From NCBI GenBank assembly GCA_022627495.1, contig JAKEGJ010000004.1, positions 622 to 64,621 on the forward strand: a stretch of DNA of 64,000 bases, given 5' to 3'. The stretch comes from Candidatus Micrarchaeota archaeon. Its GTDB lineage: Archaea > Micrarchaeota > Micrarchaeia > Anstonellales > Bilamarchaeaceae. Positions 9,202 to 18,449 of this stretch are shown in pieces. The notes beneath the pieces are model-generated. The model saw nothing but the letters and a program-made list of their open reading frames with translations, did no database searches and was not told the origin of the DNA. Made by a program: the position numbers and the translations under genes. Numbering within the stretch: the stretch's first letter is position 1; each line of letters begins with the position of its first letter.

Positions 9202-9972
9202 GTGAACATATTCGAATCAATACTCCTCGGCCTGATACAGGGCATCACCGAATGGCTCCCGGTCTCCAGCTCCGGCCATCTCGCCCTCGCGCAGCATTTT
9301 TTCAGCATCGAGGCCTCGATAGCGTTCGACATCATACTCCACCTGGGGACCCTGCTTGCAGTCGTAGCATATTACCGCAAGGATATCCTGTCCCTGGCAA
9401 GGGGAATACTGGCACGGGACGCGAAATCAATCCGGCTTGCATTCCTGATTCTGCTGACAGCCATTCCGACCGCGATAATCGGCCTTTCCCTCAGGGACTT
9501 CTTCGAATCCATGTTCGCAAGCCCGCTCTCTGTTGCGCTCGCCTTGGCAATCACGGGCATATTCCTCGTCATCGCGTCGCGGCACAAATCGGGAAACGCG
9601 AAACCCGGAACCCGCTCCGCCCTGCTTATAGGCATCGCCCAGGGAATTGCCGTGGCGCCCGGAATATCGCGGAGCGGCTCAACAATCGGCACGGCTCTGC
9701 TTCTGGGGATAGAAAAGGAGGAGGCCGCACGCTTCTCGTTCCTAGCAGGCGTAATCCCGATACTTGGCGCCGCCATGCTCGAAGGCCGCCATGCCATCGG
9801 TGCGGATGTGGAACTGCTGCCCGTTATCGCAGGATTTCTCAGCGCGGCAGTCGCAGGATACCTTTCAATCGGCCTGCTGATACGTCTGCTGAAAGAGAGC
9901 CGCCTCCAGTGGTTTGGCTACTACTGCCTGGCCCTTTCCGCCCTGATTTTCGGCGCCACGGCGATGATTTGA
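9202..9972 (+). CDS. uppP: Undecaprenyl/dolichyl-diphosphate phosphatase (UppP/BacA family)
   Basis: GITEWLPVSSSGHL signature, 256 aa, 8 TM, GTG start; the frame is closed immediately upstream. Confidence 0.85.
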   Translation: MNIFESILLGLIQGITEWLPVSSSGHLALAQHFFSIEASIAFDIILHLGTLLAVVAYYRKDILSLARGILARDAKSIRLAFLILLTAIPTAIIGLSLRDFFESMFASPLSVALALAITGIFLVIASRHKSGNAKPGTRSALLIGIAQGIAVAPGISRSGSTIGTALLLGIEKEEAARFSFLAGVIPILGAAMLEGRHAIGADVELLPVIAGFLSAAVAGYLSIGLLIRLLKESRLQWFGYYCLALSALIFGATAMI

Positions 9973-10020
9973 GCTTCCGTATGGACGATTGCTTTTAACC
10001 CTTGCCGCCGTATTCCGGAC

Positions 10021-10365
10021 ATGGTGTATTCGTTCCCGCCTCCGGTGACGGACCTGCTTTCCCTTTTGTCGCTCATCATCGAATCGTCCGCGCTTATCCT
10101 GCTTATCGCGGCGGTTGTGCACTCGCTTTACCGTATTCTGAGGATAGAGGTCTTCCACAACAAAAGGTTCCACGAATACGAGCACACCAAGCGGACACTC
10201 ATCCAGAAGGTGATATTCGCGCTCGATTTCCTGGTCGTCGCCGACATCATCCGCCTGGCCATCCTCTTCGAGTTCATGGACATACTCAAGGTTGCCCTGA
10301 TTGTGGTGATGAGGACGATGCTGAGCTGGTCGCTCAGCAAGGAAATCCACCTTCACAAGGAATAG
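10021..10365 (+). CDS. DUF1622-family small membrane protein
   Basis: Two TM segments and the LDFLVVADIIRLAIL...IVVMRTMLSWSL pattern typical of PF07784. Confidence 0.5.
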   Translation: MVYSFPPPVTDLLSLLSLIIESSALILLIAAVVHSLYRILRIEVFHNKRFHEYEHTKRTLIQKVIFALDFLVVADIIRLAILFEFMDILKVALIVVMRTMLSWSLSKEIHLHKE

Positions 10366-10389
10366 CGCTATCGCAGGCCCATAACCCTC

Positions 10390-10965
10390 CTACAGCGCCA
10401 TGTGGGTGCGCAGGATGTTCAGGCCGATAAGTATGAGTACGACGCCCCCGAAAATCCCGGCCTTTCCTTCGAGCCTGCACCCGAAGCGGCTCCCTATGAA
10501 CACCGATGAGAACGAAATCAGGGCCGTCGCCGCCCCGACGATTATCGCGGTTTCAAGAAGCGAATGGTCGGCGAACGCCACCCCGACGCCCACAGCGAGG
10601 GAATCTATGCTTGTGGCAACGGCTAGGATGAGGAGGATGCGCGCATCCAGGAGATTCACCTTCTTATCCTCGCCGCTATGGCAGGATTCAAGCAGCATCT
10701 TCCCCCCGACAACTGCGAGCAGGATGAAGGCGACCCAATGGTCGAATTCCGAAACCATCCCCCTGAGCCCCTCGCCCCCCAGGCCGCCAAGAAAAAGCAT
10801 GATGCCCTGGAACCCGCCGAAAATGAGCGCCGCAAGCAGTGCGGCCGCAGCCAGTTTCCCTTGTTTCGCATTCGCCCCGCCGGTCATGGAGACGGCTGCG
10901 GAATCCATCGCAAGGCCCACACCGATAAGCAGCGCTGTCAAAAAATCAGTCAGAGATATCCCCAC
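10390..10965 (-). CDS. mntP: Manganese efflux pump MntP (DUF204)
   Basis: LAMDSAAVS and a repeated DSLAVGV half-domain signature, 191 aa, GTG start. Confidence 0.75.
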   Translation of the reverse strand: MGISLTDFLTALLIGVGLAMDSAAVSMTGGANAKQGKLAAAALLAALIFGGFQGIMLFLGGLGGEGLRGMVSEFDHWVAFILLAVVGGKMLLESCHSGEDKKVNLLDARILLILAVATSIDSLAVGVGVAFADHSLLETAIIVGAATALISFSSVFIGSRFGCRLEGKAGIFGGVVLILIGLNILRTHMAL

Positions 10966-12260
10966 ATGGTGAGCCTGTCGCTGTCCTCAATCCATCTCGC
11001 TCCGATATCTGTCCGGTAGAACATGTTCGGGATGATGATGTTCTTTATCCTGTTGTATACCGTCTTCCGCGTTTCCTCCATAGTCGTGCCAGAGGCGGTA
11101 ACAACCAGCGCATACCCGCTGTTCCCGGCCAGGCGCCAGTCGTTCTCCACCAGTTTCACATCGCCCAGGTGGATGCCTTCGAAAACATGCTTCTTGAATA
11201 TGATGGACGCATCCTCCGAGTACCTCCTGAATGAATCCGGGTCATGGAACGGAAACGGCGGCACGGCGACCACCACTCCCACCTCGAATGCGCGCTTCGT
11301 CCTGAATTCCGGCTTCTCCTTCTTCGCTATGCCGTAAAGGAACTGGCCCCATTCAGAGAGGACGCCTTCCATGGCGATGCTGATGTGCGGGTAGCCGAAC
11401 CTGCTAGTGAATTCGAGGGGGTATATCCCGCGCGAATTGGCTATGCAGTTGATGTCGATGTAGCCGACATACCCCGAGGCCGCGAGCTTCTCCTTCATCT
11501 TGAGGAGCGTGGAATCGAAAATCGGGCTCCGGTTCGTGAAGAACATGGTCGTCCCCATTTCGCCGGTGCTGGGCCCCAAATCGCCCGGAAACATCTTCTT
11601 GTGCTCGAAATTGACGTTGATGGGGTAGATGAAATCCTCCCCGTTGAAGAAGGCGCCGACCGCCACCTCCACGCCTGAGATGAACTTCTGCAGCTGGAAC
11701 GCCTTGATTTTCTTGCCCCAGTTCTTCTTGTAGCGCTCGAGCATCTCCACGATGTCCCGGCCGTCCTCTTCCTGGCCCACGAACAGGAGCTCCTTCTCGT
11801 TCTGGGCAAGGCCGCTCGGCTTTATGACGTACCGGTCCGGATTCTTTATGATGAATTCGACCGCCTCGTCGAAATTCGTGAAATTCCAGCGGGGTATGAT
11901 GTTTATCCCGACGGATTTCATCTCGCTTTGCCCGAACTCGCGGTCCATCTCCAGCTTGTCAGTATAGGCGCTTCCGCCCACCACGGCCTTTCCAGCTTTC
12001 CGCAATGCGTCCGCATCATCGCCGAACCCGAAATCGTCGAAAATGATGCAGTCCGCCCAATCCGCGTGCTCCTTCCAGCCATCCGCCTTGTCAAGGAAGC
12101 CGTCGCATACGTCTTTCTGCTCTTTTTCGGAAATGAAATACCTCACTTCGTGGCCCTCTTTCCTTGCCTCCCAGGCGAGGTCGCCTATAAGGGCGTCGAT
12201 GGACACGAAAAGGAGCTTGAGCCTGGGTTTTGCGTGCGTTGGCGTATTATTCCCATTCAT
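10950..12260 (-). CDS. ATP-grasp enzyme of the PurD (phosphoribosylamine-glycine ligase) family, divergent
   Basis: YVIKPSGLAQNEKELLFVGQ, EVAVGAFFNGEDFIYPINVNFEHKKMFPGDLGPSTGEMG and the C-terminal YRTDIG match PurD blocks (VVKADGLAAGKGV; DHKR..GD.GPNTGGMG; YRKDIG). The N-terminal GGREHAL motif is degenerate. Trimmed to the ATG for MNGNN. Confidence 0.55.
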   Translation of the reverse strand: MNGNNTPTHAKPRLKLLFVSIDALIGDLAWEARKEGHEVRYFISEKEQKDVCDGFLDKADGWKEHADWADCIIFDDFGFGDDADALRKAGKAVVGGSAYTDKLEMDREFGQSEMKSVGINIIPRWNFTNFDEAVEFIIKNPDRYVIKPSGLAQNEKELLFVGQEEDGRDIVEMLERYKKNWGKKIKAFQLQKFISGVEVAVGAFFNGEDFIYPINVNFEHKKMFPGDLGPSTGEMGTTMFFTNRSPIFDSTLLKMKEKLAASGYVGYIDINCIANSRGIYPLEFTSRFGYPHISIAMEGVLSEWGQFLYGIAKKEKPEFRTKRAFEVGVVVAVPPFPFHDPDSFRRYSEDASIIFKKHVFEGIHLGDVKLVENDWRLAGNSGYALVVTASGTTMEETRKTVYNRIKNIIIPNMFYRTDIGARWIEDSDRLTMWGYL

Positions 12261-12407
12261 GGCCTTAAATCGTCGTAAAGGTTTATTTGTTTTTTTGCGT
12301 GAGGCGCGCTGTTTTGTCGATAATGTGTCAGTTAATGACAAATACCCGTTAAAAATCAGTTTTTTAAAGCGCTCGCCCCCATATTAGCTCCTTGCTTCGG
12401 TGGAACC

Positions 12408-13199
12408 ATGGTGGGTGGCATCAAAGGCATCGCGCGCAGACCTTATAACGGCGATACTCGCCGCGGCCCCAGGCATTCCTATCTCGTATGCGAGCTTCGC
12501 CGCAGGGGCTGCAGCCCTTCCGTCGACCGCTATGGCAACATCTGGGTGGAAAAAGGCGAGGGGAAGCCGACCGTCCTTTTCTCGTCGCATCTGGATGTCG
12601 ACCCCCGCATCAGGCGCGTCGATTTCAGGGCGCGCAAATCCGGCAGCCGCACCGTGCTCACGGGCATCCTCGACAATGCGGTCGGCTGCTACATCAACCT
12701 TCTCCTTGCCCAGAAAGGCCCGAGGAAAGGGAAGGCCATTTACGTTTTCACCGCGTCCGAGGAAATCGACCGGGCAAATCCGCGCCGCTACGCGCGCAGC
12801 GCAAGGGAAGTCGTCAAGGAGCTCCGGAGGCGCGATATCCGGCCCGACGTCTGCATCGCTATCGACGTTACTTACCCGAGGCTTCTCCATCCCCAGCACA
12901 AGCTTGACTGGTCCAGGGCGTACGAGGAGCTTTTCGACATCGGCGACCGGACGCACTGCTACCTGGACGGATTTTCGAGGCCGTCGGTCAGGAAGACCGC
13001 AGAGGGCCTGAAGAAGCGCTTCGGAGGGCGCCTTGTCGGGGTGAGGAAATTCCACGGCCATGACGAGGCGTTCGTCTACGACCGCATATCGCCATCGTTC
13101 GCGTTCGGCCCGGTTGTTTTCGGCCATTTCGACCAGACGGACCAGTCCATGCCGCTTTCGCACATGCGGACGGCGCTGAAGTTCCTGCGGACCGTCTAG
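12408..13199 (+). CDS. M42/M20-family metallopeptidase-like protein (short form)
   Basis: RYGNIWVEKGEGKPTVLFSSHLDVD matches the M42 block R.GNLIAEKKG.GPKVMLAAHMDE. The acidic pair is in FTASEEID and the metal ligand is in CIAIDVT. GC3 is very high in this frame. The overlapping minus-strand ORF 12384..13229 is rejected. Confidence 0.5.
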   Translation: MVGGIKGIARRPYNGDTRRGPRHSYLVCELRRRGCSPSVDRYGNIWVEKGEGKPTVLFSSHLDVDPRIRRVDFRARKSGSRTVLTGILDNAVGCYINLLLAQKGPRKGKAIYVFTASEEIDRANPRRYARSAREVVKELRRRDIRPDVCIAIDVTYPRLLHPQHKLDWSRAYEELFDIGDRTHCYLDGFSRPSVRKTAEGLKKRFGGRLVGVRKFHGHDEAFVYDRISPSFAFGPVVFGHFDQTDQSMPLSHMRTALKFLRTV

Positions 13200-13203
13200 T
13201 CCC

Positions 13204-14118
13204 TTATAACGCGTTTCCGGCAGATTCACCGAGCCCCAGAATTTCCTCTATCGATGCGGCCCTGCTCACCTGCAGTCTCAAAACTGACGCCCCCGGGATG
13301 CCGGAAAGAAAATTCATCGCTTTGATTTTGATGTCCCTGAGCCTGGGGCCGCCTGTGGCGTCCCGGTATCTGTCGCAAAGGGACGCGTATTCCGCAAGGA
13401 GCGCGAACCTCTCCCCTGCTCCGGCCGGAATCCGGCCGGCAAACAGCATCGGATTGCGCATCGCCGCCCGCCCGACCATGTAAGAATCGCAATACCCCTC
13501 TTTCACGCGCTTTTCTCCCCCTTCAATGGAAGTCACGTCGCCGTTTCCAACTACAGGTACGGACAGCTCCTCCTTAAGCGCCCGGACGGCCTCCCAGTCC
13601 GGCTTCCCGGAATAGCCCTGATTCGTTGTCCTGCCATGGATTATTATGAAATCCGCGCCCGCGTCCTCGATTTTCCGACAAAGCGCGAGCGTGCCCCCGG
13701 CTCCCCGGACAATCCTGATTTTTGCCGAAACCGGCAGGTCTGCGGAAGATTTCATCTGTGAAATCGCGCCGGCTATCAAGTCCGGCTTCCTGAGCATGGC
13801 GCTGCCCGAGCCGTCATTCATGGTCCGGGTCGAAGGGCATCCGCAATTCAGGTTTAGCCATGAGACTGAGGGCAGGCGCCTGGCAATTATGCCCGCGGCC
13901 CTGCCTATCGTTTTCGCATCGTTCCCGAAAATCTGGACGCCCAGGTTGCGCTCGTCAGCGTGCGCATCAATGAGGCTGATGCGCGATTCGTCCATGGCGA
14001 TGGCCGCCGAGCTTACCAGCGGGACGCATGCGGCCTTGGCCCCGTATCCCTGGCACATGCGCCTGAAGGGCAGGTCCGAGAAATCGTGGAGGGGCGCGAG
14101 ATAGTTGCTGAAAACCAC
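13204..14118 (-). CDS. dus: tRNA-dihydrouridine synthase (Dus family)
   Basis: YLAPLHDFSDLPFRRM, NLNCGCP, IIHGRT motifs, 304 aa, GTG start with the frame closed 2 codons upstream. Confidence 0.8.
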   Translation of the reverse strand: MVFSNYLAPLHDFSDLPFRRMCQGYGAKAACVPLVSSAAIAMDESRISLIDAHADERNLGVQIFGNDAKTIGRAAGIIARRLPSVSWLNLNCGCPSTRTMNDGSGSAMLRKPDLIAGAISQMKSSADLPVSAKIRIVRGAGGTLALCRKIEDAGADFIIIHGRTTNQGYSGKPDWEAVRALKEELSVPVVGNGDVTSIEGGEKRVKEGYCDSYMVGRAAMRNPMLFAGRIPAGAGERFALLAEYASLCDRYRDATGGPRLRDIKIKAMNFLSGIPGASVLRLQVSRAASIEEILGLGESAGNAL

Positions 14119-14729
14119 AAAGCATCATATGCCCGAAAGGGGTTAAATCAGTGCCCATCCTGCCCTTGCGCCCGGTTGCGGATGCTGTCGCACGGATTCT
14201 AACCGGCAACCCGGCCCGGCCCATTGCCGGCCTCTTGCGCCTCAGGAATGTCGAAAAAAAGCTGAAAAGGAATGTCTAAGGCGGCATGGGGCGCCTCAAA
14301 GCCGCTGAATTATCGCCAGGAGGGGGACGGGGTCAGGCCGGAGAGGCTAAGAGGGGCGCCTGCCTCTGGAAAGGCGGATTTTTAATCTCCTTTTCCAGCC
14401 ACCGGTAATCCACTTCCCGGAAATAAGGCCCCACCGATAATATTTCCAGGCACACCGGAATCCTTCCGTTTCCTTCCGCCATTCGTCCCACCCCTTTCCC
14501 TAACGCCCCGCATCGCGGAGCCAAACCCCCGGATCCCCCGTTCCATCCCCTGCTGATATATGCTGGTGGTGATATTTATATGTTTTCTCGATTTTTATGT
14601 ATGAAATTACTTTAATTAATCAATTATGATGTATAATTAAAATTATTATTGTGCCAATTTTGGTTAAAATTAGCATTTATACCATCCATACGACGTAAAA
14701 TCTGCGCCACCCAAATAAGTAAAAACCCG

Positions 14730-15503
14730 ATGCCGCCCATTTCTCCCATGGATGAGAGGCTGACCTTCCGGAACGTCGCCGGCGACGCGCTCGCCGCGAT
14801 TCTTAGCGTCCCGCCAAAGCCGAACGGGAAAGGCGTTGTGCTTCTGCATTGCTTCACATGCACAAAGCACCACCGTGTCATGCGCAGCCTCGCCGAATCC
14901 CTCTCCGAGGCCGGATTCTCGGTGCTCAGGTTCGATTTCGGAGGCAACGGCGAGAGCGGCGGGAAGCTTGAGGACGCCACATACTCGAAAATGCTGGATG
15001 AAGTCCGTTCAGCGGTCACGCTCCTGCGCAGCAGGGGGATTGATAAGGTCGGGGTGGCCGGCCATAGCATGGGCGCCATGCTTTCCCTCCTTGCGGCGAG
15101 CGAGGACGAACGCATCAGCGCCGTCGGCTTCATCTCCGGCAGCTCGCAGGCCGCCCGCGTGCGGGAGGTATTCCCCCAGGATGCCATACGGAAGGCGGAA
15201 AAAGAGGGCTCGGCCGAGGCGTTCGTCTATGGCAGGCATATCACGATAAAGCGCGAGTTCCTCCTTGATGTGGAAAAGTTCAACGTCGGCCATGCCGCCG
15301 CGACACTTGGCAGGCCCATCCTGATAGTCCATGGCACCGAAGACGAGGTCATCCCCCCGTTCCATGCGCGGCAGATTTTCGCCTGGGCGTCAGGGAAAAA
15401 GACGCTCGATATGATGGAAGGCGTCGACCATCTTTTCAGGAAGGACGCAGACCTGGCAAAACTCCGCGATACGGTGTGCGCCTGGTTCTGCAGCAACCTG
15501 TAG
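14730..15503 (+). CDS. Alpha/beta-fold hydrolase
   Basis: The nucleophile elbow is GHSMG. Other matches are HCFTC...FDFGGNG and HGTEDEVIP. Trimmed to the ATG (MPPISP). The upstream spacer is AT-rich. Confidence 0.7.
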   Translation: MPPISPMDERLTFRNVAGDALAAILSVPPKPNGKGVVLLHCFTCTKHHRVMRSLAESLSEAGFSVLRFDFGGNGESGGKLEDATYSKMLDEVRSAVTLLRSRGIDKVGVAGHSMGAMLSLLAASEDERISAVGFISGSSQAARVREVFPQDAIRKAEKEGSAEAFVYGRHITIKREFLLDVEKFNVGHAAATLGRPILIVHGTEDEVIPPFHARQIFAWASGKKTLDMMEGVDHLFRKDADLAKLRDTVCAWFCSNL

Positions 15504-15603
15504 CGTGCGGAACGCAATGCGCCAGCGGGAGCGTGGGAAGCTTTATATTTTTTGTCCGGCTGTTTCCCTTGACAAAACCAGTGACATACGAGAGGTGGAA
15601 ACC

Positions 15604-16023
15604 ATGGATGAACAGGCAGGGCCAACGGATGAACAGGCGAGGACTTCGGATGAGCAGATGAAGACGCCGGAAGAAGGTCCGGACGAGATGGATGCGGAGG
15701 CGCTCCCGATGCACGGGCAGCAGGATCAGCAAGCGCCGCTTAGGGAACGAAGAAGGGATGACAACACGGTCTACGTCGGCAAGAAGGGAACGATGGGCTA
15801 TGTGCTTGCAGTCGTGACGCAGTTCAACAACGGCGCGAACGCAGTTACGGTCAAGGCGAGGGGGAAGCTGATTTCCCGCGCAGTAGACGTTGTCGAGATT
15901 GTCCGCCACAGGTTCATGCCGAATTCGAAAGTGGACAACATCGCAATCTCCACCGAAGAGCTCACATCGGAGGACGGCTCGAAGACCAAGGTCTCTTCGA
16001 TTGAGATAAAGATCCAGAAGTAG
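15604..16023 (+). CDS. albA: Alba (Sso10b) chromatin protein with an acidic/Gln-rich N-terminal extension
   Basis: [51 protein letters not shown] is the Alba core. A TATA box (CTTTATATTTTTT) at about 15540 and a GAGGTGG RBS precede the ATG. The roughly 48-aa N-terminal tail is rich in DEQ. Confidence 0.8.
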   Translation: MDEQAGPTDEQARTSDEQMKTPEEGPDEMDAEALPMHGQQDQQAPLRERRRDDNTVYVGKKGTMGYVLAVVTQFNNGANAVTVKARGKLISRAVDVVEIVRHRFMPNSKVDNIAISTEELTSEDGSKTKVSSIEIKIQK

Positions 16024-16033
16024 CCTGGTCCGT

Positions 16034-16654
16034 ATGAAAGGCGTCCTGGACACCAAGGGGATCTTCCTAGCCATTTTATTCGGGGCAGTCCTGCAATTTT
16101 CCGGCGGAACAGGCTACCTGGCCCTTATGCTCGTCTTTTTTTTCCTGGCCATCATCGTCACGAAGTACGAGTATGAGATAAAGAAGGAAATGGGCCTCTA
16201 CGAGCACGAGCGGGGCTGGGAGAACGTTTTGTCGAACGGCCTCCTGCCATCTGCCCTTGCGGCGCTGAGTCCGGCAATCGGCCCCATGCCATTCATCGCC
16301 TCGCTGGCCGCAGTGTCGGCGGACAAATTCGGCTCGGAAATCGGCGTCCTCGACCCCCGCGACCCCCTTTCGATATTCAGCCTGAAGCCGGTCAAGCCCG
16401 GCACAAGCGGCGGCATGAGCATTCTTGGCACTATCGGCTCCCTGGCCGGCGCAACCGCCATCGGCGTGTCGGCGATTTTCCTTTTCGGCCTATCGCCCAC
16501 CCAGGCTTTAATCGTAGGGTTGGTCGGGCTTGCCGGCTCGATAGTGGATACGGCTTTCGGGGTGTTCGAAGAGGGCGGCCTGGGCACCAAGGGGACCACG
16601 AACTTCATATGCTCCCTTGCCGGGGCGGTATTGGGGTATTATTTAATATCCTGA
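16034..16654 (+). CDS. DUF92/TIGR00297-family integral membrane protein
   Basis: Polytopic protein with a GTSGGMS...GSIVDTAFG pattern, 206 aa. Confidence 0.5.
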   Translation: MKGVLDTKGIFLAILFGAVLQFSGGTGYLALMLVFFFLAIIVTKYEYEIKKEMGLYEHERGWENVLSNGLLPSALAALSPAIGPMPFIASLAAVSADKFGSEIGVLDPRDPLSIFSLKPVKPGTSGGMSILGTIGSLAGATAIGVSAIFLFGLSPTQALIVGLVGLAGSIVDTAFGVFEEGGLGTKGTTNFICSLAGAVLGYYLIS

Positions 16655-16702
16655 ACCCATCAAGGGATTCGATTATAACGTTTCAGACCAAGGTGATTTC
16701 AT

Positions 16703-17410
16703 ATGCGTGTTTTCGTACTTGCCGGCGGGGAAGGCACCCGCCTGAGGCCATACACCTACTCGGCGCCTAAGCCGATGCTGATGCTCGGAGGCAAGCCCAT
16801 CCTCCAATACGTCCTTGAAAACCTGAAGAGGGCGGGCTTGAAGGACATCGTGCTCACCGTGGGCTATAAGCATGAGGCGATAACATCCCATTTCGGCGAC
16901 GGCTCCAGGTTCGGAATGAAGATTGAGTACTCTGTCGAAAAAGAGAAGCTCAACACCGCCGGCTCCATCGCCCGCTACAGGGGCAAAGTGAAAGAGACTT
17001 TCGCCGTGGTAATGGGCGACCACCTGACCGACATCGACATGGCGGACATGCACAAAAGCCACAAGAAGAGCGGCGCAATCGCTACCATCGCGCTGTACCA
17101 TGCGAAGACCCCGCTGGAATACGGCGTGGCGAAGGTGGAGGGCGGCAAGGTCGTCGGTTTCGCGGAAAAGCCCCTCCTCGAGCACGACTACAACACCGCG
17201 ATATACTTCTTCGAGCCCGAAATCTTCGATTATATCCGAGAGAAGGAAGACTTCTCCAAGGACGTCTTCCCCCGCCTCCTTGCCGCCAACAAGGCGATAA
17301 ATGCGTATCTTTTCGATGGGGTATGGTTCGACATCGGGCGCGTCAGCGACTACGAGCGGTTCGTGGAGCTCTTCAGCCTGATGCGTTTCATGCGCGAACT
17401 CGAAGGGTAG
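16703..17410 (+). CDS. Sugar-1-phosphate nucleotidyltransferase
   Basis: LAGGEGTRLRPYTYSAPKPML N-terminal signature, 235 aa. Confidence 0.8.
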   Translation: MRVFVLAGGEGTRLRPYTYSAPKPMLMLGGKPILQYVLENLKRAGLKDIVLTVGYKHEAITSHFGDGSRFGMKIEYSVEKEKLNTAGSIARYRGKVKETFAVVMGDHLTDIDMADMHKSHKKSGAIATIALYHAKTPLEYGVAKVEGGKVVGFAEKPLLEHDYNTAIYFFEPEIFDYIREKEDFSKDVFPRLLAANKAINAYLFDGVWFDIGRVSDYERFVELFSLMRFMRELEG

Positions 17411-17442
17411 CGCATGCGGCGGCAATCCTCAATTCGCCCGAC

Positions 17443-18411
17443 TTAAATCTTTATGTACAGCGCAAGCACCGCGAGAGCGAACACCATCTCAATCGCGAGG
17501 AAGGCGAATACCAGGTTCCGTTCGGTGATGCCCCCGAAAGCCTTCATCACCACGTGGACAAGCCCCCTTACCCGCCCGTCTTTCGGGTGCAGCCTGCCAT
17601 CCGCCCGGATTTCCTGGTGCGTGTGGGGGAACCTGTTGATTGCCTTGATGAAGAATTCCACGATGTACGGCGCCATGAGGATGACGCCCGCGCTCTCAAG
17701 GTTGCCGATTATCACGGTGCTGGCAAGGACGACGCCAATCGTCAGGGTTCCCACATCCCCGGGGAAGACCCTGGCGGGATGCATGTTGAAAGCGAGGAAT
17801 CCGAGAAGGGCGCCGAGCATGGAGAGGGAAAGGATGGACATTTCGGATGAGCCCAGGCTCAGCGCAACCAAGCCCAGGGCCGCAAACATCACCGCGCCCA
17901 TTCCAGCCTCGAGGCCGTTGAACCCGGCAAGCATGTTGGTCAAATTCGAGCATACCGCGATGGCGAGCGGCACCAGCACGATTATGTAAATGACGCCGAA
18001 ATCCACCATCCCGATTACGGGGAGCGCGATTGCGGTGCTTCCGGCCGCCTTGACTGCGACAAGCGGGACGGCCGCAAACAGGGGCAGGATGGCCTTGAGC
18101 CACTGCGGGATGCTCAGGAGGTCGTCCACGATGCCGATGAATGCTATCGTGTGTATCGTGATGACCGCGGCAAGCACGTAAACGAGGTTGAATTCCATGC
18201 CCAGGAATGAATTGAAGAATATCGCAAGCAGCAGGCCGGCGCTGAATCCGGCGACTATGGCGAGCCCGCCCATCTCCGCGACTTCGGGGTTGCCCTGCTT
18301 GTTCTCGTCCTTGCCTGTCATCCCGGCCCGCTCCAGGCGGGGAATCAGGAGCTTTGTGAGGGCGAATGCCACGACCAATGCGATGATAGCGCATGCGATG
18401 AAATACATCAT
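17443..18411 (-). CDS. aglH: Glycosyltransferase family 4 (MraY/WecA/AglH-like) polyprenyl-phosphate HexNAc-1-phosphate transferase
   Basis: IGIVDDL motif, about 10 TM, 322 aa, convergent with the nucleotidyltransferase. Confidence 0.75.
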   Translation of the reverse strand: MMYFIACAIIALVVAFALTKLLIPRLERAGMTGKDENKQGNPEVAEMGGLAIVAGFSAGLLLAIFFNSFLGMEFNLVYVLAAVITIHTIAFIGIVDDLLSIPQWLKAILPLFAAVPLVAVKAAGSTAIALPVIGMVDFGVIYIIVLVPLAIAVCSNLTNMLAGFNGLEAGMGAVMFAALGLVALSLGSSEMSILSLSMLGALLGFLAFNMHPARVFPGDVGTLTIGVVLASTVIIGNLESAGVILMAPYIVEFFIKAINRFPHTHQEIRADGRLHPKDGRVRGLVHVVMKAFGGITERNLVFAFLAIEMVFALAVLALYIKI

Positions 18412-18449
18412 CAGACCATCCCGAACCTAATGCCTTTCCATGCCCGCTT

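Noticed and set aside
14300-14400. An SRP RNA helix-8-like motif, CAGGCCGGAGAGGCUAAGAGG.
   Set aside because: It lacks the conserved AGCA asymmetric-loop sequence and the flanking GGUGG elements. It is kept only as an unspecified structured region.
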